NCBI GenBank assembly: GCA_963851265.1
Contig: CAWKNZ010000002.1
Location: forward strand, 1,600,001 to 1,664,000
Reading direction: 5' to 3'
DNA: 64,000 bases
Source of the DNA: an uncultured Gemmatimonadales bacterium
Lineage (GTDB): Bacteria > Gemmatimonadota > Gemmatimonadetes > Gemmatimonadales > Gemmatimonadaceae
The stretch's first letter is position 1; the number at the start of each line of letters is the position of its first letter. The position numbers and the translations under genes are program-made. This document shows positions 33,025 to 42,749 of this stretch, piece after piece. Below the pieces are notes generated by a model. The model did no database searches, was not told where the DNA came from, and saw only the letters and a list, made by a program, of their open reading frames with translations.

Positions 33025-35442
33025 ATGTCCGCTGCAGCTCTCAGACCCGACGCGGTCCCCACCGCGGCCCGCGCCGCCGCCGCGCCCGCGGTCGAGGCCG
33101 ATCTCGACTACACGCCGTCGTACAAGGCCGCCGGCCTGACGTCGCTCGGCGTCTTCGCGCTATACCTGCTCACACTCGCGCCGTCGACGGGCATGTGGGA
33201 CGCGAGCGAGTACATCGCGGCCGCGTACGTGCTCGGCATTCCGCACCCGCCCGGCAACCCGTTCTTCGTGCTGATCGGGCGCGTGATGTCGATCCTGCCG
33301 ATCGCCCCGAACGTCGCGATGCGGATCAACGTGCTCGCCGCGCTCTGCTCGGCCGTGGCCGCCGGCGTGTGGTTCCTCGTCACCGAGCGGGTGCTCGTCA
33401 GCTGGCTCACGCGCCGCTGGCTGCGCATCACGGGCGCCGTGCTCGCGGCGCTGATCGGCGCGACGTCGTTCACGGTGTGGAACCAGAGCGTCGTGAACGA
33501 GAAGGTCTACACCGTCTCGCTCGCGTTCTTCGCGCTCGTCTCGTGGCTCATCGTCCGCTGGTGCGACGACCCGGACAGCCCCAGGGCCAACCGCCTGCTC
33601 CTGCTCGCGGCGTACCTCATTGGGCTGGGTTACGCGAACCACCCGGCCGGCTTCCTCGTCGCGCCCGCGGTCGCGGCCGGCGTGTTCCTCCGCAAGCCGA
33701 CCACGCTGCTCAACTGGCGGTTGCTGATCAAGGGCGCGCTCTGCTTCGCGCTCGGCCTCACGCCGTTCATCTACCAGCCGATCCGCGCCGCGCAGTTCCC
33801 GGCCCTCAACGAGGGTGAGCCCACCGCGTGCACGACCAGGCTCGAGGTGTCGTGCACGTTCAACCACGTGACGCTCGACCGGTTCATGGCCAACGTGAAT
33901 CGCGAGCAGTACGGCAAGCCGGACCTCAGCGAACGGCAGGCGCCGTTCACGGCGCAGGTCGGCATGTGGTGGCTGTACTTCAAGTGGCAGTGGCTGCGCG
34001 ACGCGCACGGCGAGCATCAGCCGCTGCAGAGCGCGCTCGCGGTGCTCTTCCTCGCCCTGGGCATGATCGGCGGGTGGGTGCACTTCAAGCGCGACCGACA
34101 ATCGTTCTGGTTCTTCGGGCCGCTCGTGTTTTCGGTGACGCTCGCGCTCATCTACTACATGAACTTCAAGTACGGCGCGTCCCAGTCGCCCGAGCTGACC
34201 GACGTGCCGCGGGAAGTGCGCGACCGCGACTATTTCTACCTCTGGAGCTTCAGCACGTGGGGCGTGTGGGCCGCGCTCGGGCTGGTGTGGGTGTGGGAGT
34301 CCGTCGCGTCGCTCCTGGGCACCGAGAGCGTGCGCCTGGGCCGGCAGACGATCGATCAGCCGCGCGAGCGCTCGTGGATCGGCGCGTCACCCGTGCTCGC
34401 GCTCGCGGTGATCCCGCTCGCCGGCAACTGGCACCAGGCGTCGCGCGCGGGACACCGCGACACGGCCGCGTTCGCGCGCGACCTGCTCAACTCGGTCGAG
34501 CCGTATGGCATTCTCGTCACGGCCGGCGACAACGACACGTTCCCGCTGTGGTACGCGCAGGAGGTGGAGGGCGTCCGACGCGACGTGATCGTCGCCTGCA
34601 CCTCGCTCCTCAACACCGACTGGTACGTGCGCCAGATGGTACGCCGCCCGGTCTACACGTACGACGCGGCCAAGGGCCCCGCGATCTACCGCGGCCGCGA
34701 CTGGCCCAAGCCGACCGGGCCCCTGCTCAACATGACGATGGCGGAGCTCGACGCGATCCCGCTCGGCGTGAACCTCGATCGGCCACAAACCTTCGTGAAG
34801 GCCCTCGGGACCGACACCCTGCGTGCGACGATCTCGCAGCCGCAGCTGCTGCGGCAGGACCTGCTGGTGCTGTACCTCATTCGCGACGCGTGGCCCAGGC
34901 GGCCGATGTACATCAGTCGCACGTCTGGCTCGTATGGTCAGGAGCTCGGGCTCAACAACTACCTTCTGAGTCAGGGCCTCGCCCGCAAGCTGCTGCCGAC
35001 CACGCCGGCGACGGGGCGTGACACGCTGCTGGTGCAGGGCGAAGGTTACGTGGACCTCGCGCGCAGCGTGGCGCTGTGGAACTCGTTCGAGGGTCCGCCC
35101 GCGCTCATCAAGCGAGGCGACTGGGTCGACATGCCGAGCGTCGGCATCCCCAACCTCTACACGCTCACCGGGCTGATGCTGTCGGAAGCGCTCGAGCATA
35201 CGGGGCGCACGCAGGAGGCGCGGCGCGTCTACACGACGGCCGAGGAGGTCGCGCAGGCGACGCACCAGACGCGCGAGTTCGGGCTCGACCAGCGGCCCGC
35301 GCCCGGCGCGGCCGCGGGAGACAACCCGCTGCAGAGTCTCGTCGCCCCCGATTCGGCCGCGATGCCCGGCGCGCGCCCCGGCGGTGCACGGGCCCGATCC
35401 GCGACCCCGGCCGGAAGCCCCGGTGCGCCCCATCCCCGCTGA
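33025..35442 (+). CDS. DUF2723-family multi-pass membrane protein (GT-C-like, TMEM260-related)
   Basis: TLAPS...WDASEY...LGIPHPPGNP, ERDY-like RDRDYFY, GDNDTFPLWYAQEVEGVRRDV; start at 33025 or 32974. Confidence 0.85.
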   Translation: MSAAALRPDAVPTAARAAAAPAVEADLDYTPSYKAAGLTSLGVFALYLLTLAPSTGMWDASEYIAAAYVLGIPHPPGNPFFVLIGRVMSILPIAPNVAMRINVLAALCSAVAAGVWFLVTERVLVSWLTRRWLRITGAVLAALIGATSFTVWNQSVVNEKVYTVSLAFFALVSWLIVRWCDDPDSPRANRLLLLAAYLIGLGYANHPAGFLVAPAVAAGVFLRKPTTLLNWRLLIKGALCFALGLTPFIYQPIRAAQFPALNEGEPTACTTRLEVSCTFNHVTLDRFMANVNREQYGKPDLSERQAPFTAQVGMWWLYFKWQWLRDAHGEHQPLQSALAVLFLALGMIGGWVHFKRDRQSFWFFGPLVFSVTLALIYYMNFKYGASQSPELTDVPREVRDRDYFYLWSFSTWGVWAALGLVWVWESVASLLGTESVRLGRQTIDQPRERSWIGASPVLALAVIPLAGNWHQASRAGHRDTAAFARDLLNSVEPYGILVTAGDNDTFPLWYAQEVEGVRRDVIVACTSLLNTDWYVRQMVRRPVYTYDAAKGPAIYRGRDWPKPTGPLLNMTMAELDAIPLGVNLDRPQTFVKALGTDTLRATISQPQLLRQDLLVLYLIRDAWPRRPMYISRTSGSYGQELGLNNYLLSQGLARKLLPTTPATGRDTLLVQGEGYVDLARSVALWNSFEGPPALIKRGDWVDMPSVGIPNLYTLTGLMLSEALEHTGRTQEARRVYTTAEEVAQATHQTREFGLDQRPAPGAAAGDNPLQSLVAPDSAAMPGARPGGARARSATPAGSPGAPHPR

Positions 35443-35490
35443 TACGCCCGTTGTGCGCTAGTCGCTACGAATTGACCCGCATCGCGCCGG

Positions 35491-35526
35491 CGGCGCACCG
35501 AACGTTCGTGTTCGGTGCGCCGTTTG
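35491..35526 (+). terminator. Hairpin with a UUCG loop and short U-run after the DUF2723 gene
   Basis: CGGCGCACCGAAC-gttcgt-GTTCGGTGCGCCG then TTTG. Confidence 0.6.
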
Positions 35527-35592
35527 CGTTACCGTTGCCGCGTTCCGATGCCACGCCGCGGCTCGGGCACACGCTCAACATGCGGAGGACCG

Positions 35593-36057
35593 ATGCCCGA
35601 ACGTCACGACCCCGACCGGCTGGCGAATCCATCTGGCGACGCGCCGGGCTCATCCGACCGCCCGGAGCGGCGCCGGCGGCGCGTGCTCGGCAGCGACGCC
35701 AACCCGCGAATCGCCGCCGCGCAGCACGTCGCGAGGCACCGACTCGAACCGTTTCAGCGTGCGCTCGCGGGGCTGGCCGTCTCGGTGTTCGGCGCGGAGG
35801 CGACGGTGGTCGCGCACCTGCGGGCCGACGGGCGGCGTCAACGACTCACGTTCGTCGTCGACGCCGCGGACCCGCACGCGACCGTGGACTACGCCCAGTT
35901 CCTCCCGCGTGAGCAGGCGTTCTGGACCGCGTACGCCCAACTGCAGAAACCCGACCTGCCGTTCGCGGTCGCGATCCGCCCCGCCCGCGGCTGGTGCCGC
36001 AGCGAGGCGCTCGCGCCGCTCTTCGCCTATTTGCCGACGAGCGACGAAGTGATGTGA
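35593..36057 (+). CDS. Hypothetical protein
   Basis: ATG 35593 preceded by GGAGG; coding-like codon usage. Confidence 0.65.
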   Translation: MPERHDPDRLANPSGDAPGSSDRPERRRRRVLGSDANPRIAAAQHVARHRLEPFQRALAGLAVSVFGAEATVVAHLRADGRRQRLTFVVDAADPHATVDYAQFLPREQAFWTAYAQLQKPDLPFAVAIRPARGWCRSEALAPLFAYLPTSDEVM

Positions 36058-36088
36058 GGTCGCCCCCCCTGGCGGCCGCGCGCACGCG

Positions 36089-37621
36089 TCACCGGAGCGC
36101 TCGCGCCGTCACGGGCTGCGTGGTGCCGACCAGCCGCTGCACGGTACCGTTGCGCACGACGCGGAAGATGGGAGGCAGCGCCACGTCGGTGAACGCGTCG
36201 ACGGGCGTGCGCTCCGCCACCGGACCGAGCACCGCGGCGAGGTCGGCCGCCGACGGCGGCAGCAGCGGCTCCGACGCGGCAACGTTCACCGCGTACCCGA
36301 GGTCTGCCAAGCTGAGCACAGTGAGGCGAGACGCGGGATGCGTGGTGGCCTTCGCCAGGTATCCGACCATCAACTCCGAGCGGAAAACCGCCGACCGCCA
36401 GTGAGAGCCGGCCGTCCCGGGCCCGCCGGTGTTCTCGACGGGCACGCCGGCGCGGTCCTGCGTGAACCCCAACGCCGCGCTCCCGCCCTCGCCGAGCGGA
36501 CCGGTGTACTGCGGGTCGAGGGTGCCCTCGTTGACGAGATAGCCGCGCACGCCGCCCACGTTCCAGAGCGTGCCGATCCCGAGCACGTGTCCCATCTCGT
36601 GGCGGATGACGTCGTATGCCGTTCCGGCGGCGACGAGGCCGGCGAAATCCGCGGAGTCGAAACGCATCGAGCCCACGAGCGTTAGGCCACGCCCCTGCGT
36701 GACCGGGTCGCTCCGCAGGACGCATGGACCCGCCGCGCCGAGGATCGCGCCCTTTCCGTCGATGCTGTCGACGCGGAACAGGATCGTGACGCCCGTCGAC
36801 GCGGCGAGCTTCACCTCGGGCGTCGAGTCGGCGCACGACCCGGCGGGCAGGGCAAGGTCGGCCGCGGGCAGGGCCGCCGTGATCACCGACTGCCAGAACG
36901 CGGCCGCGCGGGTAAACTCGGCCGCGTAGCGCGGGTCGACGGCGCCGACCTGGACGAGGTTGATGATGAACGCGCCCTGCGTGACCGGCGCGACCGCGAC
37001 GGGCAGCGTCGTGCTGACGCCCCGGCCGCGGAAGGTGGCGCGCACGGCAATCTGCGTTCCGCCCGCGGTGCCGGCCGTGAGCGCGTTCCCGCTCACGCTC
37101 GCGATGCCCGTGTTGTCGCTCGCGTACGCGACGGGGTAGCTGATCCGGTTGCCGGATGCGTCGTACACGGCCACGGACAGGGCGACCTGTTCGCCGGGCG
37201 AGGCGTCGACGCGTGTCGGGAGCACGCGGACCGTCGCGGCCGGGGCGAGCGACACGAGGCTCGGCGTGGCGAGGGTGAGCGGTGTCGTCCCCGGCACGTC
37301 CGTCGCACGCGCGGTGACGACCACGGGCCCCGCACCGACGAATCGCACGACGCCAGCGGCGCTGACACGCGCGACCGTCGTGTCGGAACTCGCGTAGGTG
37401 AGCGTCCCGACAGTCCCGGCCCGCCCCGACGCGTCGGTGAGGGTCGCGCCGAGCGCGACACTGTCGCCGACGATGGCCGAATCGGGCTGCGTCGCGAAGG
37501 CGATCCGCGTGGGGACGATCACGAGCGGCGCAGGCGTTCCCTCGCCGCCGCCGCACGCAGCGCCCGCGAGGGCCACGGCGGCGAGCAAGACGGCGCGAGA
37601 GCGGATGACCGATGGTCGCAT
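36089..37621 (-). CDS. Lipoprotein with Ig-like domains and a leishmanolysin-like (M8) zinc metallopeptidase domain
   Basis: Lipobox-like LAGAAC, YASSDTTVARV and YASDNTGIASV Ig repeats, ILGAAGPC, HEMGHVLGIG, GTAGSHW, ELM, SLADLGY. Confidence 0.88.
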   Translation of the reverse strand: MRPSVIRSRAVLLAAVALAGAACGGGEGTPAPLVIVPTRIAFATQPDSAIVGDSVALGATLTDASGRAGTVGTLTYASSDTTVARVSAAGVVRFVGAGPVVVTARATDVPGTTPLTLATPSLVSLAPAATVRVLPTRVDASPGEQVALSVAVYDASGNRISYPVAYASDNTGIASVSGNALTAGTAGGTQIAVRATFRGRGVSTTLPVAVAPVTQGAFIINLVQVGAVDPRYAAEFTRAAAFWQSVITAALPAADLALPAGSCADSTPEVKLAASTGVTILFRVDSIDGKGAILGAAGPCVLRSDPVTQGRGLTLVGSMRFDSADFAGLVAAGTAYDVIRHEMGHVLGIGTLWNVGGVRGYLVNEGTLDPQYTGPLGEGGSAALGFTQDRAGVPVENTGGPGTAGSHWRSAVFRSELMVGYLAKATTHPASRLTVLSLADLGYAVNVAASEPLLPPSAADLAAVLGPVAERTPVDAFTDVALPPIFRVVRNGTVQRLVGTTQPVTARALR

Positions 37622-37714
37622 GCTGCGCGATGGGCGACGGAGAAGCCGCGCAGGCCGTCGGTGGCCGGCGCGTGTGGGCGGAAGGTCGGACCTGGTAGTA
37701 GTTTTTGAAAGGCC

Positions 37715-37797
37715 GGAGGGCTGGCAGAATGGCTATTGCAACGGTCTTGAAAACCGTCGTCCGCGAGGACTTGTGGGTTCGAATCCCACGCCCTCCT
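37715..37797 (+). tRNA. tRNA-Ser (TGA)
   Basis: GGAGGGC/GCCCTCC acceptor stem, ACGGT-CTTGAAA-ACCGT anticodon arm, long variable arm, GGTTCGAATCC; no encoded CCA. Confidence 0.95.
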
Positions 37798-38101
37798 CTT
37801 CGCCAAGTCGCTGTCACAGTGCGAGTTGCCGTCGTGTCCCACGACCTGCGCGGTCCGCGCGGACGCGGCGTCGCTCGATGGCGCCGACGAGACGGTGCGG
37901 GTCGCCGACCGCCTCGGGTCGCAGCAAGTTCGCCACGACGGACGCGTTAGGGCTCGCTCTGCGCGAGTGCGACGCGCGCCGTCGCGCCGCTCCACGACGA
38001 GCGCGGCGTGCGGCGGTTCGCGAGGCGCGCCGAGCTGCGTGAGCGGCCGTTCCGCAGGACCCGTGCGGACGCGCGGGTGGCGGGGCGCGCCGCTGAACGC
38101 G

Positions 38102-38275
38102 TTAGGCCGTCGTCGTCCTGCGGCGACGGGCCACGCCGGCCAGACCGAGCAGCCCCGTCCCGAGCAGCGCCCAGGTCGCTGGCTCTGGGGTCACCGTGCC
38201 CGGTGTGTACTGAAGATCGTCGTACGTGTAATACGGGACGTCCGACATCAGGTCGACGCGGCTGATGCCGGCCTC
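38102..38275 (-). pseudogene. Orphan PEP-CTERM sorting-domain fragment (gene remnant or microprotein)
   Basis: ...YTYDDLQYTPGTVTPEPATWALLGTGLLGLAGVARRRRTTTA* has a PEP motif, TM helix and basic tail. No signal peptide is visible upstream in frame. Confidence 0.6.
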
Positions 38276-38684
38276 GTCCTCGCCCGACGGTCGCTGCGCC
38301 TTCCACTTCGGCGGCCATTCCGAGGTCGTACGTGGCGCGGTGCGAGTCGGGTCGGTCCCGGAGTTGGGCTGAGCGGACGTTTGCCGTCGCGCGCTCACGA
38401 ACGCGTACGCGCCGCGATCGTCCGCTGCCCGCCTCTCGATCGTGGCGCGTGCGTCCGGTTTCAGTCGCGTCCTGGAACGCTGGTCGATCCTGGCCGTGGA
38501 CGTCCCGTAGACTACGTCGCGTCCCCAGTTCATCACGACCGCACGAGGCCGATGAGCGAAGAGTCGGGCGCCGCGCGCGAGGGCGGCATTGCTCCGGGCA
38601 CCGGCCGTGACCGGCTCGCCGGCTGATTGCGAAATCTTTGTGCGCGACGTACTGTCACCACCTACGCCTCGATCCGCCGACCAC

Positions 38685-39119
38685 ATGCGATGCATTGCCC
38701 GCTCGACCACGCTGTTCGCGGGCATCGCCGCCGGCGCGGCCGCGCTCACGATCGGTTGCGGCAGCAGCGACGCGACCAGCCCGCAACGTCAGTTTCCGGG
38801 TATCTACGCGTTGCGCACGGTGAACGGACAGCCGATGCCGTACGTCGCCCAGGACTCGGCCGGAACCAGCTCGCTCACGTCGGACGTGTACACGTTCAGC
38901 AGCGACGGCACGTTCACCCAGCGGGTCGTCGGCAGCTACGCGCCGTCCGGCGGAACGGTGGAAGATCGGTCGTTCGACGACTCGGGACGGTGGACGCTCG
39001 TGGGCACGTCGGTCACCCTCACGTTCAACTCTGACGGAGGCGGCGCGCGAGGTACGGTCTCGGGTGGCAATACGATCACGTTCGCCTTCGGGTCGATCAC
39101 GGCGATCTACCGGAAGTGA
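38685..39119 (+). CDS. Small lipoprotein, lipocalin-like beta-barrel
   Basis: Lipobox LTIGC; GIYALRTVNG, FSSDGTF, DSGRWTL.GT.VTLT. Confidence 0.8.
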   Translation: MRCIARSTTLFAGIAAGAAALTIGCGSSDATSPQRQFPGIYALRTVNGQPMPYVAQDSAGTSSLTSDVYTFSSDGTFTQRVVGSYAPSGGTVEDRSFDDSGRWTLVGTSVTLTFNSDGGGARGTVSGGNTITFAFGSITAIYRK

Positions 39120-39235
39120 GGCGCGGCGCGGCGCGTTCGCGTGTCGCGCCCGGGTTGCTCGCCGACGGCCGCCGGATTAGCGTAGTGCAGTCGAGCCGGC
39201 CCGGTCCGCCGGGTGTGGCGCGGCACACAGCTCGT

Positions 39236-39324
39236 GGAGGGGTGGCCGAGAGGCTGAAGGCACCGGTTTGCTAAACCGGCATAGTGGGAAACTGCTATCG
39301 AGGGTTCGAATCCCTCCCTCTCCG
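39236..39324 (+). tRNA. tRNA-Ser (GCT)
   Basis: GGAGGGG/CCTCTCC acceptor stem, CCGGT-TTGCTAA-ACCGG anticodon arm, long variable arm, G73; no encoded CCA. Confidence 0.96.
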
Positions 39325-39431
39325 TCTTGCGGGCCCGCCGGTCGCTCCGGCGGGCCCGCTGTGCGTTCGGGCCGACCCGGTGAAGCGCCGACGTCCGCGG
39401 CGCGCCCGAGTTCGCCTCTCACTGCCGCTCC

Positions 39432-40910
39432 ATGTCCGAGATCGAGACCCCGCCCCGTCTGCGCTTCGCGCCCTCGCCGACCGGCTACCTCCACGTCGGC
39501 GGCGCGCGCACCGCGCTGTTCAACTGGCTGTGGGCGAAGCACACCGGCGGGCAGTTCCTGCTTCGCATCGAGGACACCGACAAGGCGCGCAGCACCGACG
39601 AGAGCACGCGCGCGATCTTCGACGGACTGCGCTGGCTCGGCCTCGACTGGGACGAGGAGGTCGTGTACCAGGGCGCGAACCTCGAGCGCCACCGGCGCGA
39701 CGCCGACCGCCTCGTCGCGAGCGGCGCGGCGTACCGCGACTTCATGCCGCAGGAGGAGCTGCAGAAGCGACGCGCCGACGCGGAGGCGCGCGGGGAAGCG
39801 TTCCGCTTCCGACGCGAGTGGGCCGAACTGCCGCGCGACGAGGCGGAGCGCCGCGCGAGCGCCGGAGAGCCGCACGTGATCCGATTCCGCGCGCCGCTCG
39901 ACGGGGAGACCGCGTGGGACGACCTCGTGCACGGGCGCATCGCGTTCCCGAACAAGGACATCGAGGATTTCGTCGTCCTGCGTTCCGACCGCACGCCGAT
40001 CTACAACATGGCGGTGGTGAGCGACGACGTCGCGATGGAAATCACGCTCGTCATGCGCGGCGACGACCACATCTCCAACACCCCCAAGCAGATCCTGCTC
40101 TACCACGCGTTAGGCGCCGCGCTACCCCGCTTCGCGCACCTCCCGATGATCCACGGCACCGACGGGAAGAAACTGTCGAAGCGCCACGGGGCGACGGCGG
40201 TCGGCGACTACCAGTACCGCGGGATCCTGCCGCAGGCGATGCTCAATTTCCTCGCGCTGCTGGGCTGGAGCCCGGGCGGCGACCGCGAGGTGTTGACCGT
40301 GGCGGAGCTCGTCGAGCTGTTCACGCCCGACGGGCTGTTGCGCAAGGCGTCGGTGTTCGACCCGCAGAAGCTCGAGTGGATGAACGGGCAGCACCTGTCG
40401 CTGCTTCCGCTCGCGGAGCTCGCGCCGCGCGTGACCCCGGCGCTTGTCGCGGCCGGACTCGCGACCGAGGCCGACCTCGCCGCGCGCGGCGCGTGGTACG
40501 ACGCGCTCCTCGACCAGCTGCGCGTGCGCGCGCGGACGATCGACGACATCGTGCGCCAGGCGACGCCGTACCTGCGCGACGAGATCACCTACGACCCCGA
40601 TGCCGTCGCCAAGCAGTGGCTCAGGGATCCCGCGACGGCCCGGACGCTGCTCGCCGACGCGCGCAGCGCACTCGCCGAACTCGCGGAGTGGACGCCGGGC
40701 GCGATGGAACCCGCACTGCGCGCGGCGGCCGAGGCACGCGGGCTCGCGGCGGGCAAGTTGTTCCAACCGCTCCGCGTCGCTCTGACGGGTCTCACGGTCA
40801 GCCCGGGGATCTTCGACGTGCTCGAACTGCTTGGGCGCGAGCGTGCGCTCGCGCGCATCGACGCGGCCCTGGTGCGCATCGACGCGGAGGCTCCGGCGGC
40901 CGAGCGTTGA
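39432..40910 (+). CDS. gltX: Glutamate--tRNA ligase
   Basis: RFAPSPTGYLHVGG, LRIEDTD, RGDDHISNT, KLSKR, PLRVALTG. Confidence 0.98.
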   Translation: MSEIETPPRLRFAPSPTGYLHVGGARTALFNWLWAKHTGGQFLLRIEDTDKARSTDESTRAIFDGLRWLGLDWDEEVVYQGANLERHRRDADRLVASGAAYRDFMPQEELQKRRADAEARGEAFRFRREWAELPRDEAERRASAGEPHVIRFRAPLDGETAWDDLVHGRIAFPNKDIEDFVVLRSDRTPIYNMAVVSDDVAMEITLVMRGDDHISNTPKQILLYHALGAALPRFAHLPMIHGTDGKKLSKRHGATAVGDYQYRGILPQAMLNFLALLGWSPGGDREVLTVAELVELFTPDGLLRKASVFDPQKLEWMNGQHLSLLPLAELAPRVTPALVAAGLATEADLAARGAWYDALLDQLRVRARTIDDIVRQATPYLRDEITYDPDAVAKQWLRDPATARTLLADARSALAELAEWTPGAMEPALRAAAEARGLAAGKLFQPLRVALTGLTVSPGIFDVLELLGRERALARIDAALVRIDAEAPAAER

Positions 40911-40919
40911 CGTTCGCTC

Positions 40920-40948
40920 TTGCCGACCGGCCTCAGCGTTCGTATACT
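40920..40948 (+). promoter_or_regulatory. Sigma70-type promoter of lexA
   Basis: TTGCCG (40920-40925), 17-nt spacer, TATACT (40943-40948). Confidence 0.65.
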
Positions 40949-41028
40949 CGCGCCGTATGGGCCGCCGGGCGCCCAGCACCGCGCGATGCGCGCCGCGGGC
41001 CTGGTCGCCTCCTTTCTCGGAGATCGCG

Positions 41029-41676
41029 ATGGCGGATCCCCTCACGCCGATCGAGCGTAAGGTTTACCAGTACCTGATCGACTTCCTGGCGGAGAACACC
41101 TACCAGCCGAGCATTCGCGAGATCGGCTCGCGGTTCCGCATCAAGTCGACCAAGACGGTCTCCGACCTGCTTCACTCGCTCACCGATAAGGGATATATCG
41201 AGCGAGACCCGGCCCGCTCACGCGGCGTCCGGATCCTCGGGCACCAGGGCCCGTCGGGGATCCAGCCCCTGCCCTACTACGGGCGAATCCACGCTGGCGA
41301 GCCCGCGCTGCGCCCCGAGCACAAGATGGGCGCGCTCAGCTTCGACCGGCGCTTCATCGCGAGCGACGACACGTTCGTGCTGCGTGTGATGGGGGACAGC
41401 ATGATCGGCCGCGGGATTCACGACGGGGACTACGTGCTCGTCACGCCGGCAAAGCAGTTCGCGGACGGCGATATCGTCGCCGCGCGCATCGGCGAGGACG
41501 CGACCATCAAGTCGTACGAGAAGCTCGTCGACGGAATCGTCCTGCATCCGGCGAACCCGGCCGACCGCGAGATTCGCCTCCGTCCGACCGACGACTACAG
41601 CCTGCTCGGCACGGTGACGGGGGTGTTCCGCCCGTCCATCGATCGCACCGCTTTCGACGGCGCCATCAGTACCTGA
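41029..41676 (+). CDS. lexA: SOS repressor LexA
   Basis: PSIREIG winged helix, KGYIER, AG cleavage site (IHAGEP), VMGDSM catalytic Ser, ATIK catalytic Lys; ATG at 41029. Confidence 0.95.
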   Translation: MADPLTPIERKVYQYLIDFLAENTYQPSIREIGSRFRIKSTKTVSDLLHSLTDKGYIERDPARSRGVRILGHQGPSGIQPLPYYGRIHAGEPALRPEHKMGALSFDRRFIASDDTFVLRVMGDSMIGRGIHDGDYVLVTPAKQFADGDIVAARIGEDATIKSYEKLVDGIVLHPANPADREIRLRPTDDYSLLGTVTGVFRPSIDRTAFDGAIST

Positions 41677-41698
41677 GTTACCCGACCTTCTGGATCCG

Positions 41699-41737
41699 AC
41701 GCGACGGGCCGGCGCTTGTGCGCCGGCCCGTCGTGTT
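41699..41737. terminator. Hairpin between convergent lexA and a hypothetical gene
   Basis: 14-bp stem CGACGGGCCGGCGC-ttgt-GCGCCGGCCCGTCG then TGTT. Confidence 0.7.
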
Positions 41738-41758
41738 GTGAGGGAGGTTCCGCGGCGG

Positions 41759-42697
41759 TCAGCGGTCGTGCGACCCGTCCGGCGCCGACGACTGATCGCC
41801 GGCCTCGGCCATCAGCTGGGCCGCGCGGCGCCGTTCGGCCAGGCGCTCGTTGCGCTCGCGATCCTTGCGCGCACGGATCTCTTTGACGGCCCCACGAAAA
41901 TCGTCCTCGTTCATCGACCGCTGGGCGTTGTCGAGGATCTCTTGGTGGATGTTCCCGAGCCTGCGCGCCTCGATGGCCGCTACCGGGTTACCGCGCAGGT
42001 TCTGCTGGAACTTGCTGGAGAGCAGCGCGAGCACCGCGTTCGGAACGGAGATCTTCCCGAGGTGGATGGAGTGGTCGTCCATGCCCCACGTGCCGCCAGG
42101 GCCCTTGAACGTCCAATCACCCGGCTTGCGCTTCCCGGCCGCCATCTCCTGCGCGGCGATGATCGAGTCGCGCGCCGCGCCGAACGTCTGCGTCAGCACG
42201 CTGTCGACGCGCTGCTTTGCGGTCTTTGGCTCGGTGGCGAGCGTACCCGGGCGCGTCCAGAGGGCCGGGTCGCGGTACTCGGGCTGGATGCCGACGCCCT
42301 CGCCGCCCTTACCCACGACCGCGCCAGTTCCGCCCGTCGCTTCGGTGGCCGGCCCGCGGGTGATCGGCGGCAACACGCTCGGCACCGCACGCGGCGCGAT
42401 AAGCGGATGCGACCGGGTCGGCGTCGCGCTGAGCGGACGGCCGTCGCCACCGCTGCGGCCAGGCGACGACGGCCCCTGAGCGCGCGGCGCCTGCACGAAT
42501 GCGATGTGCTCCTGCGGCGAGGGCGCGACGTGCCGCCGAGCGTCCGTCCAGTGATAGCCGAGGGTCAGCGCCTCGAAGAAGGCGCCGATCACGAACACGT
42601 TGACGCCGACCGACGCGACGAGGGCCGCGCCGGGGCGCTTGCGCCGCGCTCCCGTCACATCGGAGGACGAACCGGTTCCCCGCTGGAGCGACAACAT
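41759..42697 (-). CDS. Hypothetical membrane-anchored protein with a Pro-rich linker
   Basis: One N-terminal hydrophobic segment, a P/G-rich linker and a globular C-terminus (DWTFKGPGGTWGMD); coding-like codon usage. Confidence 0.7.
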   Translation of the reverse strand: MLSLQRGTGSSSDVTGARRKRPGAALVASVGVNVFVIGAFFEALTLGYHWTDARRHVAPSPQEHIAFVQAPRAQGPSSPGRSGGDGRPLSATPTRSHPLIAPRAVPSVLPPITRGPATEATGGTGAVVGKGGEGVGIQPEYRDPALWTRPGTLATEPKTAKQRVDSVLTQTFGAARDSIIAAQEMAAGKRKPGDWTFKGPGGTWGMDDHSIHLGKISVPNAVLALLSSKFQQNLRGNPVAAIEARRLGNIHQEILDNAQRSMNEDDFRGAVKEIRARKDRERNERLAERRRAAQLMAEAGDQSSAPDGSHDR

Positions 42698-42749
42698 GGC
42701 GGACGGCTACCCCGCGGTGAGATGAAAGGATCCCGACGTGCGCGGCATG

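Noticed and set aside
37946..38107. GTTAGGC/GCCTAAC as integron attC core sites (GTTRRRY/RYYYAAC)
   Set aside because: The heptamer matches the core consensus, but the copies are single, mostly inside housekeeping genes and not paired into attC hairpins. No integrase is present.
37715..39324. Prophage or integrative element at the tRNA-Ser genes
   Set aside because: No integrase, no phage genes and no duplicated tRNA 3' end were seen.
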